A stretch of DNA of 64,000 nucleotides from Gemmatimonadota bacterium. Lineage in GTDB: Bacteria > Gemmatimonadota > Gemmatimonadetes > Gemmatimonadales > GWC2-71-9. The position numbers and the translations under genes are program-made. Where the stretch lies: the NCBI GenBank assembly GCA_041484445.1, contig JBGPHP010000001.1, positions 4,150 through 68,149 on the forward strand, given 5' to 3'. Within the stretch, counting starts at the first letter, position 1; each line of letters begins with the position of its first letter. Positions 1 to 9,169 of this stretch are shown in pieces. The notes under the pieces were generated by a model that saw only the letters and a program-made list of their open reading frames with translations, was not told where the DNA came from and made no database searches.

Positions 1-1
1 G

Positions 2-745
2 GCGCGCTACCTCGTGAGCCGCGGCTGCCACACAGACCTCTTGATGGTCTCGGCCCTCGGGGATCTCGGGCGCGTGCAGCGGCACCTCGACGCGGACCCC
101 GCCTCGATCCGCATGACCGTCTCGGAGCGCTGGTTCCCCAAGCGCGACCCCCGAAGCGGCGGCTCGATCTACATCTGGACGCTGGGCGGACACAAGACCG
201 CCCACGTCATCGCGCGGGAGTTCGGCCACGAGGGCGTGCTCGCGGTGCTGATGGAGCGCAGCTCGGAGGAATTGAGGCTAGGCCTGGCGTGTGAGCTGGG
301 AGACGAGGCGCTGTTCGCGCAACTGCTCGCGAGCCGCCCCGACCTGGCACGGACCCTGACCGACGACGACCGGCAGAAGCTGGTGAGCGCAGCGGAGAGC
401 AACAATGGCAACGCGGTGCGCCTCATGCTGGCCGCGGGGTGGCCGCACGACGTGCGCGGCCAGCACGGCGGCACGCCGCTCCACTGGGCCGCGTGGCACG
501 GGAACGCGGAGATGGTACGGGACCTGTTGCGTCACCACGCGGCGGTGAACGCGAAGGGCGACGACCACGACCTGAACCCGCTCGGCTGGGCGTTGCACGG
601 ATCCGGACACAGCTGGCACCGCCACACCGGCGATTACGCGGGCGCCGTCGAGGCGCTACTCGAGGCGGGTGCGACAGCGCCCGAGCGCCCGGACGGTTTC
701 GAGGCGAGCGAGGCGGCGCTGACGGCACTCCGTGCCGGCAGCTAG
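2..745 (+). CDS. Ankyrin-repeat protein, 5' end probably outside the window
   Basis: The frame is open to the window edge (the track start at 14 is GTG). ANK consensus GGTPLHWAAWHGNAEMVRDLLRHHAAVNAKG plus degenerate upstream repeats. GC3-rich. Confidence 0.75.
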   Translation, partial: ARYLVSRGCHTDLLMVSALGDLGRVQRHLDADPASIRMTVSERWFPKRDPRSGGSIYIWTLGGHKTAHVIAREFGHEGVLAVLMERSSEELRLGLACELGDEALFAQLLASRPDLARTLTDDDRQKLVSAAESNNGNAVRLMLAAGWPHDVRGQHGGTPLHWAAWHGNAEMVRDLLRHHAAVNAKGDDHDLNPLGWALHGSGHSWHRHTGDYAGAVEALLEAGATAPERPDGFEASEAALTALRAGS

Positions 746-2877
746 GGCGCGTCGCTCTCGCCCAGCTGCCCCGTCGTGAGCTCCGTGACGATGCGGCGCG
801 CTCCGTACACGTTCGCGAGCGCCGCCTGGATCGCGCGCACGTCCACCATCACGTTACGGCCGCGCTCGGGGAGATAGATGTAGTCGCGCACCAGGGCGTC
901 GATGTTGCGGTCGAAGTTGAGCCCTACGATGCGCAGGTCCCGTGTCACGACCGGACTCCCCGAATTGCCGCCGTAGGTATCGGCGGTGGACACGAAGTCG
1001 AGCGGCGTGCCGAGGTCGAGTCCGGCGGGTGGCGTGCGCCAACGGTAGGGCAGATCCCATTCACTTCCCGGGCCGTTGGCGCGGAAGCGGTCGTACATGC
1101 CGTAGAACGTGGTGAACGGGGGCGCCAGCGTGCCGTTATAGGCGTAGCCCTGCACGACTCCGTCGGCGATACGCGGGGAGAACGTCCCGTCGGGCGGGAC
1201 GGTCTTCCCGAAAACCGCGAAGTGCGCCCGGCCCAAGTCGCTGGATAGCTCGCGCTCCTCGGTCGTGAGCGCGCCGAAGTCGCGGTTGAAAGCCCGGATC
1301 GCCGGGAGCAAGACAGCCAACAGCGTGAGCGCCGGGTCATCCGTCGAGAGCCCGGCGGAGAGCGCCAGATCGGCTTTGGCCGAGTCGGCGAGCGCCGAGG
1401 TGCTCAACAACCCCTCGGCGGCCGCCTCCGGGGTGGCCTGCCCCATGAGCGCGGCCTTGGCGAGCGGGTGCGCCGCTCCGTAGGCCCGTACGATGTCGCC
1501 CAGCTCCAGGGTCAGGAAACGCCTCTCGAGCTCGGGCGGTAGGTTGCCGACGGCGCGCAGGCGCCGACTGAACACCGCCGCCGAGTCTCCGCTGGCACCT
1601 CCGATCTGCGCCGCGTTGATAGCGCGCCGCGCCAGCGCCGATCCCGCAAAGCCGCTCGGGAAAAAGACGAACGCGCGATACGGGGCCGCGAAGGTCGCTT
1701 TGCGGCGCTGCAGGTCGGCCATGCGATCCAGCAGCCGGCCGTAACGGTCCTTCAGCTCGCGCCGCGCCGTCAGGCTTTCCGCCAGCTGCCGCTCGGCATC
1801 GCGCCGCCGCGCCATGATCCCGGGGTCGAGGAGGGCCCCGAGCCGACCCTGCGACGATTTCAGGCTGTTCGAGACGCCGAACATCCAGTTGCGCATGTCC
1901 AACGAGTCCCCGGTGACTCGATGGCCATCGTAATAGGCGCGTAGGGCGCTCAGACGCGTAGACAGAAAACTCACCTGCGCCGGCACGCTCACCGCACGTT
2001 CGTACTCGAGCTGCGACATCGGTTTCAGACGGGAGGTAGAGCCGGGGTTGCCGATCACGAACACCGCGTCGCCCGGTGCGACGCCCTGACTCCCCCAGGT
2101 GAACCAGTTCGGCGTCTCGTAGGGCTTGCCGTCGGCGCCGTAGATCCGGATCACCGAGAAATCCAGATCGTAGCGCGGGTAGGTGAAGTTGTCCGGGTCC
2201 CCGCCGAAGAACCCCATCTGCAGCTCCGGCGCCGCGACCAGCCGGACGTCGGTGAAGCGGCGGAACACGTACCCCGAGTAGCGCCCGCCGTTGTAGAGCG
2301 ACACCACCTGCACCCAGATCGAATCGCCGGGCGACGCGAACGCCGTCTTGAGCCGGGCGGCGGCGGTCGTGCTCGCCTCACGACGCACGCGGGCGCGGGC
2401 CGTGTCGAAGGTCGCCCGGTCGACCACAGGCTGGATCTGATCCGTAATGTCCTGCACGGCGAGCAGCTGGTCGGCGAAGAAGTCCGGCATGCGCCGCTCG
2501 TCGGCCAGCGAGTGCGCCACGAACCCCGAATCGAGCAGCGTTTCGCCGGGCTTCGTGACGGCCACGATCCCTTCGCGTGAGCAGTGATGGTTGGTGACCA
2601 CGAGTCCGTGGGGCGACACGAAGGAGGCCGAGCACCCGGGGATGCGCAACGCCGCGAGACGGGCGCGGGTGAACCACGCCGAGTCGGCCGCGAACCCGTA
2701 GGTGTCCGAGAAGTACCGGTCGGGGGGGTACTCGAACGTCCACATCTTGCCGTTGTCGAACCGGCCGGCCCGATTGGTATCGGCGGGTTGTTGGGCGGCG
2801 AGCGTGATCGGCACCGCGAGCAGCAGGAAATTGAGCGATTTCATCGGGACTCCACGTGGCATGGCGATTAGACGCAC
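742..2877 (-). CDS. S46 family dipeptidyl-peptidase (DPP7/DPP11-like), secreted
   Basis: 711-aa ORF with an N-terminal signal-like segment. S46 hallmarks are SFVSPHGLVVTNHHC (catalytic His region) and YGGNSGSPVV (catalytic Ser). Confidence 0.9.
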   Translation of the reverse strand: MRLIAMPRGVPMKSLNFLLLAVPITLAAQQPADTNRAGRFDNGKMWTFEYPPDRYFSDTYGFAADSAWFTRARLAALRIPGCSASFVSPHGLVVTNHHCSREGIVAVTKPGETLLDSGFVAHSLADERRMPDFFADQLLAVQDITDQIQPVVDRATFDTARARVRREASTTAAARLKTAFASPGDSIWVQVVSLYNGGRYSGYVFRRFTDVRLVAAPELQMGFFGGDPDNFTYPRYDLDFSVIRIYGADGKPYETPNWFTWGSQGVAPGDAVFVIGNPGSTSRLKPMSQLEYERAVSVPAQVSFLSTRLSALRAYYDGHRVTGDSLDMRNWMFGVSNSLKSSQGRLGALLDPGIMARRRDAERQLAESLTARRELKDRYGRLLDRMADLQRRKATFAAPYRAFVFFPSGFAGSALARRAINAAQIGGASGDSAAVFSRRLRAVGNLPPELERRFLTLELGDIVRAYGAAHPLAKAALMGQATPEAAAEGLLSTSALADSAKADLALSAGLSTDDPALTLLAVLLPAIRAFNRDFGALTTEERELSSDLGRAHFAVFGKTVPPDGTFSPRIADGVVQGYAYNGTLAPPFTTFYGMYDRFRANGPGSEWDLPYRWRTPPAGLDLGTPLDFVSTADTYGGNSGSPVVTRDLRIVGLNFDRNIDALVRDYIYLPERGRNVMVDVRAIQAALANVYGARRIVTELTTGQLGESDAP

Positions 2878-2899
2878 GGCGGGATGGGAGCGTTGCGAC

Positions 2900-3634
2900 T
2901 CACACGTCGCAGTCGTAGCCGTTCTCCAGCAGCTCGCGGGGCCCGGCGGGCCCGAGGATGAGGAGCGAAAAGGACGACAGGCAGGTCGAGCCGTCTCCGG
3001 GATCCCATTCGATGAGGGCGATCGTTCCGGTCGGATCCCGGTGGAACAGGGTCACGTGCAGCACTTTGGGAAAGGCGAAACTGGGTCGGGGGAATCGATG
3101 CTCCCTCCCGGCCACGGAGATCGCGAAGCTGTCCCGCCCCACGGCAGTGACCGCCGTCGCATCGAGCGCGGGGTCCCGCAGCGTCGCGCCGCTCACGTAG
3201 AACGCCGCCGCTTCAGGCGTGCGGCCCAGGGCGCACGCCACGCCTCCCGCGACCGGCTCGGCCGTGAGCGTCAACGTCGAATCGAAGAAGTAGGCGACGT
3301 TCCCGCGGAGCACCGTGGGAATCACCGGTGCGGCGCCGCCGCGATACAACACGACCCAGAACCGGTCTCCCACGCTCGCCGGGATGGACGCCTCGAAGGG
3401 AACGGACATCGAGTTGCCCAGCTCCGGCTCGAGCCCCGCGCGCAGCACGTCGGGGCTCGGATGCGCGAACCGCTCCTGCCCCAGTGACTGGACGGCGAGC
3501 GACCGCCAATCGACGAGCCCGGCGGGCAGATCGAGACACACCTCACCGCGCTGCGATGACGCGTTGCCCCAGTAGACGGGGCCCGTCGCGCCCGCCACGG
3601 CAACGGCGACGCATGCCAGCGTCGCGCATCTCAT
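2900..3634 (-). CDS. Secreted hypothetical protein
   Basis: 244-aa ORF with a signal-like N-terminus (MRCATLACVAVAVAGA) and normal amino-acid composition. No family recognised. Confidence 0.6.
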   Translation of the reverse strand: MRCATLACVAVAVAGATGPVYWGNASSQRGEVCLDLPAGLVDWRSLAVQSLGQERFAHPSPDVLRAGLEPELGNSMSVPFEASIPASVGDRFWVVLYRGGAAPVIPTVLRGNVAYFFDSTLTLTAEPVAGGVACALGRTPEAAAFYVSGATLRDPALDATAVTAVGRDSFAISVAGREHRFPRPSFAFPKVLHVTLFHRDPTGTIALIEWDPGDGSTCLSSFSLLILGPAGPRELLENGYDCDV

Positions 3635-3653
3635 GGGCAGCCGGAGCGCACGG

Positions 3654-4061
3654 TCAATCCTGCGTCTTCTCGGGTCCGGATGGGGGGCTAGGGTGGGGGC
3701 GCAGTGACCGCGCCACGAGCCCGATCCCCGCCGCGAGCAGCCCGAGGATGATCAGCGTGTCGAACAACGACGTCGCTTGGAAGTAGATGTGCAGATTGGC
3801 GAGGATCCCGGCCACGATGATCAGTGCCCCGGCGCCGGTCAGTCCCCACCCCGGAATGGAACGGCCGTTGAAGAACAGCACGCCGATCCCGACGAGCAGC
3901 GGCAGAAGCGACAGGCCGAACGCGTTGTAGCCCCAGAGCGTCCAGCCCCCGCTCGCCACCGTAACGCGCGTGAGGAGCAGATAGCCGCCGGCCACGATCA
4001 TCGCGGCGCCGCCCAGGAACGTACCCACGCCTCCCGGGGTGCCGCCCGCTCCTCGGATCAT
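3654..4061 (-). CDS. Small integral membrane protein (about 4 TM segments)
   Basis: Hydrophobic Gly/Leu-rich segments. I moved the start to the internal ATG (MIRGAGG...) because the upstream 38 codons are Arg/Pro-rich and crowd the divergent ABC gene. Confidence 0.6.
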   Translation of the reverse strand: MIRGAGGTPGGVGTFLGGAAMIVAGGYLLLTRVTVASGGWTLWGYNAFGLSLLPLLVGIGVLFFNGRSIPGWGLTGAGALIIVAGILANLHIYFQATSLFDTLIILGLLAAGIGLVARSLRPHPSPPSGPEKTQD

Positions 4062-4165
4062 CCGTGGTCTCTCATCGTGGATCAAATGTGTGGATCCGCG
4101 GACGGCGGCGCCATGTGCGGTCGCGGGCGACGCCGCGCAAGGTGGACGGCTACCTTTCACTTCCT

Positions 4166-6028
4166 GTGACCGCACCCCGATTCTTCCCCCCCTCCCGCCC
4201 GGCCCCCGACGGGAAGCCCCCGACCTGGGGCCAGCGACTCGAAGCGCTGCGCCACGTGCCGCCGCTCTTGCGCCTGGTGTTCCGCACGCACCGCGGCTAC
4301 ACCGTCGCGATCCTGGCGCTGCGCACCGTCCGGTCGGTCATTCCCGTCGCCGTCCTGTGGATCGGCAAGCTCATCATCGACGGCGTGATCGCCGCAATCG
4401 CCGTGACGCACGCCGGGCAGCCCGTGGACTGGTGGACACTCGGCGGCCTGGTCGCCCTCGAGCTCGGCATCGCCGTCGTCGGCGAGGCGCTGGCGCGCGC
4501 TTCGTCCCTGCTCGAGAGTCTTCTGGGCGACCTGTTCGCGAACCGCATCAGCGTGCGCCTGATGCAACACGCCGCGACGCTCGATCTGGCCCAGTTCGAG
4601 GACGCCGACACCTACGACCACTTGGAGCGCGCCCGGCGCCAGACGGTCGGCCGCATCGGGCTCTTCGCCCTGCTGCTCTCCACCGCCCAGGACCTGGTGA
4701 CGCTCGCCTCGCTCGCGGGTGTGCTCCTCGTGCAGCTGCCGTGGCTCCTGCTGCTCCTGGCCGTCGCGGTGGTGCCCTCGTTCCTCGGCGAGGCGCACTA
4801 CGCCTCGCTCGGCTATTCGCTGCTGTTTCGCTGGACCCCGGAGCGCCGGCTGCTCGACTACCTGCGCTACATGGGCGCGTCCGACGAATCGGCCAAGGAA
4901 GTGAAGCTGTTCGGCCTCTCCGATTTCCTCGTGGGCCGATACGCGCGCCTGTCCGACGAGTTCTACGAAGCGAACAAAAAGCTCGCCGTGCGCCGCAACG
5001 TGGTATCGACGGCGCTCGTGACCCTGGGGACGCTGGGGTACTACGCCGCGTATGCGGTGATCGTCTACCTCACGGTACTGGGCCGCTACACGATCGGCTC
5101 CCTGACCTTCCTCGCGGGCTCGTTCCGCTCGAGCCGCGATCTGATCCAGCGCATCCTGCTCTCGTTGTCGAACATCTACGAGCAAAGTCTCTACCTGGGC
5201 GATCTGTTCACGTTCTTCGACGTCCAGCCCCGGGTCGTCTCCCGCGCCGGAGCCCGGCCCGTGCCGTCGCCGATCCGGCAGGGCTTCGAGTTCAAGGACG
5301 TCGGGTTCCGATACCCGGGGTCGGAGCGGTGGGCCGTCCGGCACCTGACGTTCACCATCGGGCCGGGCGAACGGATCGCGCTGGTGGGGGAAAACGGCGC
5401 CGGCAAGACGACGCTCGTGAAGCTGCTCGCCCGCTTGTACGACCCGGACGAAGGACAGATCCTGCTCGACGGCGTGGACCTGCGTGACTACGACCTGGTG
5501 AGCCTGCGCCGCAACATCGGCGTGATCTTCCAGGACTTCGTGCGCTACGACTTCATCTTCAAGGAGAACATCGGGGTGAGCGAGATCGAGCGCCTGGAGG
5601 ACGACGCCCGAATCCACGAGGCGGCGCGCCGCAGCCGCGCCGAAGACGTCGCGGGACGGCTTGCCGGCGGTTACGGTCAAATGCTCGGTCGACGCTTCGA
5701 CGGCGGGGTCGAGCTCTCCGGGGGCGAGTGGCAGAAGGTCGCGCTGGCGCGCGCCTATTTGCGCGAGGCACAGGTGCTGATCCTGGATGAGCCCACCGCG
5801 GCGCTCGACGCGCGCGCCGAGTACGAGGTGTTTCTCAGATTCGCCGAGCTGACGAAGGGGCGCATGGCGGTGCTCATTTCGCACCGCTTCTCGACGGTCC
5901 GCATGGCGGACCGGATCCTGGTGCTGCAGGGCGGCGAGCTCATGGACCAGGGGACCCACGGAGAGCTCGTCGCGCGTGGCGGGCTGTACGCCGAGCTCTT
6001 CGGCCTGCAGGCGGCCGGCTACCGCTGA
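4166..6028 (+). CDS. ABC exporter, fused permease plus ATPase (MsbA-like type I exporter)
   Basis: Six-TM N-terminal half. Walker A GENGAGKTT, signature LSGGEWQKVALARA, Walker B VLILDEPTAALD. The start is uncertain: GTG at 4166 was chosen, and the ORF is open from 4064. Confidence 0.85.
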   Translation: MTAPRFFPPSRPAPDGKPPTWGQRLEALRHVPPLLRLVFRTHRGYTVAILALRTVRSVIPVAVLWIGKLIIDGVIAAIAVTHAGQPVDWWTLGGLVALELGIAVVGEALARASSLLESLLGDLFANRISVRLMQHAATLDLAQFEDADTYDHLERARRQTVGRIGLFALLLSTAQDLVTLASLAGVLLVQLPWLLLLLAVAVVPSFLGEAHYASLGYSLLFRWTPERRLLDYLRYMGASDESAKEVKLFGLSDFLVGRYARLSDEFYEANKKLAVRRNVVSTALVTLGTLGYYAAYAVIVYLTVLGRYTIGSLTFLAGSFRSSRDLIQRILLSLSNIYEQSLYLGDLFTFFDVQPRVVSRAGARPVPSPIRQGFEFKDVGFRYPGSERWAVRHLTFTIGPGERIALVGENGAGKTTLVKLLARLYDPDEGQILLDGVDLRDYDLVSLRRNIGVIFQDFVRYDFIFKENIGVSEIERLEDDARIHEAARRSRAEDVAGRLAGGYGQMLGRRFDGGVELSGGEWQKVALARAYLREAQVLILDEPTAALDARAEYEVFLRFAELTKGRMAVLISHRFSTVRMADRILVLQGGELMDQGTHGELVARGGLYAELFGLQAAGYR

Positions 6029-6031
6029 CGC

Positions 6032-8284
6032 TCAGGGCGAGAGGTTCATCCCTTTCAGGATTGCCTGGAACCTGGGATGCGCGCGCAGGTCCGCGAACAG
6101 GAATGAGCCCTTGATCCCGTAGATCCCGCCCGCTCGCTCCTGTCTGGCCTGCTCCAACCAGTCGATCGCCGTTTCCGCGTCGCCGAGGCCGGCCGGAACG
6201 TAGGCGAGGTGATACGGGCTCACGTATCGCTGGCGCGAGAGCTCCTCCAGCCTGTGTTGCACCTCTCGCGCTTCCGCGCTCCGTCCGGCGATCGCGTAGG
6301 CCTCCCCGAGCTGCCCCAGCAACATGGCGTCTTCGGGAGCGAGCGCGACCGATTGCTCCAGCTCGGCGATCCCCTCGTCGATCCTGCCATTCTTCAGATA
6401 TGCCCACGCCAGGGTCGCGCGCCCTCTCGCGTACTGTGGGTCGAACTCGACGCTCCGGAGTGCCTGCTCCAGCGCCTCCGGATATCGTCCCGCCCTGAGC
6501 AGCGCCGACGCCACGTCGGCGCGATGGGTCAGCGGGTCGAGCTCCTGCGCGCGTTTCACGAGCGCGCAGGACTCGTCGTAGCGCCCCATGGCGCCGCACA
6601 TCCACCCGTAGTGATCGTAGATGTCGGCCCCACCGGGACTCAGCTCGAGCGCCAGCGTGAACTCACGCTCGGCGCCGGCCCAATCGTAGTCCCAGATGAA
6701 CTTGAGCAGCGCCAGCACGCCATGCGCCTCGCCCAGCCGCTGATCCAGGGTCAGGGCCTTTTCCACCGCCTGTCTCGCCCGCTCGTAGGCCTCGCCCGGT
6801 CGCAGGCCGCGGCCTCCTTGGCCGGTGGAAATGAGCTCCGCATAGGCCACCGCGACGGCCGTGTATGCCATGGCGTAGCCGGGGTCCACCGCAATCGCGC
6901 GCTCGAAGTACTCGATCCCTTTGGTAATGCCATCCTGGGTGTAACGGCGATACCAGGCGCGGCCCTGGAGGTAGAGCTGGTAGGCCCCGAGATCGCTCGT
7001 CGGCGGGACGTGAATCCGGGCCCGCTCCTCGTGCGAGAGCTCCGCGCGCAGCGCGGTCGCGATCTGGACCGCGACGTCGGTCTGGATCGCGAAGATGTCG
7101 GTGAGCTGGCGATCGTAGGTCTCGGCCCAGAGATGCTGGTCCGTTTGGGCGTCGATGAGCTGGGCAACGATCCGCACGCGATCCCCCGCGCGCCGCACGC
7201 TGCCCTCGAGCAGCGTCGCCACCTCGAGCTGGGCGGCGATGTCGCGCAGGCTCTTGTCCCGTTTCTTGAAGGGCATCACCGACGTGCGCGAGATCACCTT
7301 GAGCGCGCGGATCTTCGAGAGCTGGGCGATCACGTCCTCCGTGATGCCGTCGGCGAAGTATTCGTTGTCGGGGTCCGCGCTCAGGTTCAGAAAGGGCAGT
7401 ACGGCGACCGATCCCGCGTGCGGCGACGCGCCGTCGGAGTGGGTCAGCGCCTCGGCGAACGCCGCAGCCGACGGGAAACGGTCGGCGGGGGCCCGGGCCA
7501 GGGCCTTGGTGATTGCATGGTCAACGGCCGCCGGGACGCCGTCCCGCAGGCGGCGCACGCCCGAGACGTGGTCCGTCATCCGCTTGGCGATCACGGCCTG
7601 CGCCGTCGGCCCGGTGTGCGGCGGCTCGCCCGCGAGCATCTCGTACAGCACACAGCCCAGGCTGTATACGTCACTGCGCGCATCCAAGCCGCGCTCTCCC
7701 ATTCCCTGTTCTGGGCTCATGTACTCGGGCGTGCCGACCAGCATGCCGGTCTCGGTGAGTCGCTCGCCGGTCGTCCCGGTAGCCGCGAGTGCGATGCCGA
7801 AGTCGGCGACCATCGCTTCGCCTTCGTAGAGCAGAATGTTCTCGGGTTTGATGTCCCGATGAATCACTCCCTGCCCGTGGGCGTACGCCAATGCCGACGC
7901 CACCTGCCGGGCGATGCCGACGGCCATGTCGACCGGTAACTGGTGCTCGCGCTCGAGCGCCTGCCGCAGCGATTCCCCTTTGATGAAGGGCATGACGTAG
8001 AAGAGGAAGCCGCCGGCATCGCCAGAATCGTGGAGCGATAGGATGTGGGGATGGTTCAGGGTTGCCGCGACCGCGATCTCGCGCAGAAACCGGTCCGGTC
8101 CGATGGCTGTCGCCAGCTCGGGGCGCAGCACCTTCACCGCCACCGGCCGATGGTGTTTCAGGTCGTCGGCCAGGAAGACGGTCGCCATGCCTCCGCTCCC
8201 CAGCTCGCGCACGATGGCGTAGCTGTGGCCGAGGGCCGCGCGGAGACGCTGCAAGTGATCTGGTTGCATCGGAGCTTGGAACAT
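6032..8284 (-). CDS. Ser/Thr protein kinase with a TolB-N-like middle domain and C-terminal TPR repeats
   Basis: Kinase motifs GSGGMATVF, AVK, HRDIKPENIL, DFG and SPE. Middle region VAVLPFLNLSADPDNEYFADGITEDVI. TPR-like C-terminus. ATG at 8284 (MFQAPMQ), with an alternative ATG at 8269. Confidence 0.9.
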   Translation of the reverse strand: MFQAPMQPDHLQRLRAALGHSYAIVRELGSGGMATVFLADDLKHHRPVAVKVLRPELATAIGPDRFLREIAVAATLNHPHILSLHDSGDAGGFLFYVMPFIKGESLRQALEREHQLPVDMAVGIARQVASALAYAHGQGVIHRDIKPENILLYEGEAMVADFGIALAATGTTGERLTETGMLVGTPEYMSPEQGMGERGLDARSDVYSLGCVLYEMLAGEPPHTGPTAQAVIAKRMTDHVSGVRRLRDGVPAAVDHAITKALARAPADRFPSAAAFAEALTHSDGASPHAGSVAVLPFLNLSADPDNEYFADGITEDVIAQLSKIRALKVISRTSVMPFKKRDKSLRDIAAQLEVATLLEGSVRRAGDRVRIVAQLIDAQTDQHLWAETYDRQLTDIFAIQTDVAVQIATALRAELSHEERARIHVPPTSDLGAYQLYLQGRAWYRRYTQDGITKGIEYFERAIAVDPGYAMAYTAVAVAYAELISTGQGGRGLRPGEAYERARQAVEKALTLDQRLGEAHGVLALLKFIWDYDWAGAEREFTLALELSPGGADIYDHYGWMCGAMGRYDESCALVKRAQELDPLTHRADVASALLRAGRYPEALEQALRSVEFDPQYARGRATLAWAYLKNGRIDEGIAELEQSVALAPEDAMLLGQLGEAYAIAGRSAEAREVQHRLEELSRQRYVSPYHLAYVPAGLGDAETAIDWLEQARQERAGGIYGIKGSFLFADLRAHPRFQAILKGMNLSP

Positions 8285-8360
8285 CACTCTGCGGCACGAC
8301 CGACGGAACCCCGGCCAGATATCGCTTGAGTCTGCTGGGGCATGCTGGGAGTGGGGACCG

Positions 8361-9107
8361 CTAGCAGGCGGAATCCTGCTGCTGGGCATCCCAACAGAGC
8401 ACGCTGCCACCGCCGAGCCGCACGCCGCCTGTTCCTGCCGTCGGATTCCAGTGCAGCAGGAAGTTGTCGGGCGAGTTGGTCGCGACCCACTCGATCTGAC
8501 GATACGGCTCGTTCCAGGTGTAGGTGAGCACGCCGTCCGGTCCTTTGGTGAACTGCAGGTAGTTGGTGACCCCGTCGTAGCTCCACTGGATCGATGCGGT
8601 ATCGGCGGGACTCGCGCCCGCCGGATCCTCGATCACCCAGTACCCCGGGCTCCCGTAGACGCTCGCCAGCCCGGAATACCACTTGTAGTCGGAGAGCGGC
8701 GGAGTCCGCCCCGGCGCGGACAGGTACATGATCCAGCCGTTGCTGATGCCGACGGGGCCGCCCAGGAGCGACCCGTGGTAGGCCTGGCCTCCCGCCGTCG
8801 TGTCGAAGTCCCATTGCCAGTAGTCGCCCTGGTTGCTGGGCTGCTGCGCTTCGGCCGCGCGCAGCGTGGCCAGCGGAACCGCGAGTAGGCGGTTGATCGC
8901 CGTGTCGACGAAGGTGATCCGGTCGAGGGCAAGATCCCAGTTCGCCGTCGATCCGCCGGGCGCCGGTGTGTGCGTGTGGAAGAACGAGACATCGGCATCG
9001 AGCGACTGGACGGGCGGCAGAATGGGCTGGGCGCCGCCGCCCAGCATCTCTGATTTGACGTCGCAGGCAGCGAGGGCCAGCACGAGGAGGATCGCAGGCT
9101 TCACCAT
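8361..9107 (-). CDS. Lipoprotein, function unknown
   Basis: ATG at 9107 gives MVKPAILLVLALAAC, a lipobox with Cys. 248 aa, Trp/Tyr/Gly-rich, ends in Cys. The upstream part of the 471-aa track ORF is Arg-rich shadow. Confidence 0.7.
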   Translation of the reverse strand: MVKPAILLVLALAACDVKSEMLGGGAQPILPPVQSLDADVSFFHTHTPAPGGSTANWDLALDRITFVDTAINRLLAVPLATLRAAEAQQPSNQGDYWQWDFDTTAGGQAYHGSLLGGPVGISNGWIMYLSAPGRTPPLSDYKWYSGLASVYGSPGYWVIEDPAGASPADTASIQWSYDGVTNYLQFTKGPDGVLTYTWNEPYRQIEWVATNSPDNFLLHWNPTAGTGGVRLGGGSVLCWDAQQQDSAC

Positions 9108-9117
9108 GAATGACAAA

Positions 9118-9152
9118 CCCCCTGTCCGCCCGAAAGGTAGGCGGACAGGGGG
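9118..9152 (-). terminator. GC-rich hairpin (13-bp perfect stem) followed by TTTGTCATT
   Basis: CCCCCTGTCCGCC (9118-9130) pairs with GGCGGACAGGGGG (9140-9152) around a 9-nt loop. It starts 17 nt after the TAG of the repeat-protein gene. The downstream ATG (9107) is only 10 nt beyond the hairpin. Confidence 0.6.
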
Positions 9153-9169
9153 TCGGGCGTGAAGCCGAT

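Noticed and set aside
4157-5959. 600-aa ORF antisense to the ABC transporter gene. Similar very long ORFs occur at 9110..11437 (+), 13550..15202 (-), 13957..16023 (+), 55415..57115 (-), 60190..62217 (-) and 40891-region alternates.
   Set aside because: Their translations are Arg/Pro/Gly/Ala-rich with no motifs. Each lies opposite or out of frame to a gene with clear family signatures. This is the expected stop-codon-poor shadow in ~70% GC DNA.
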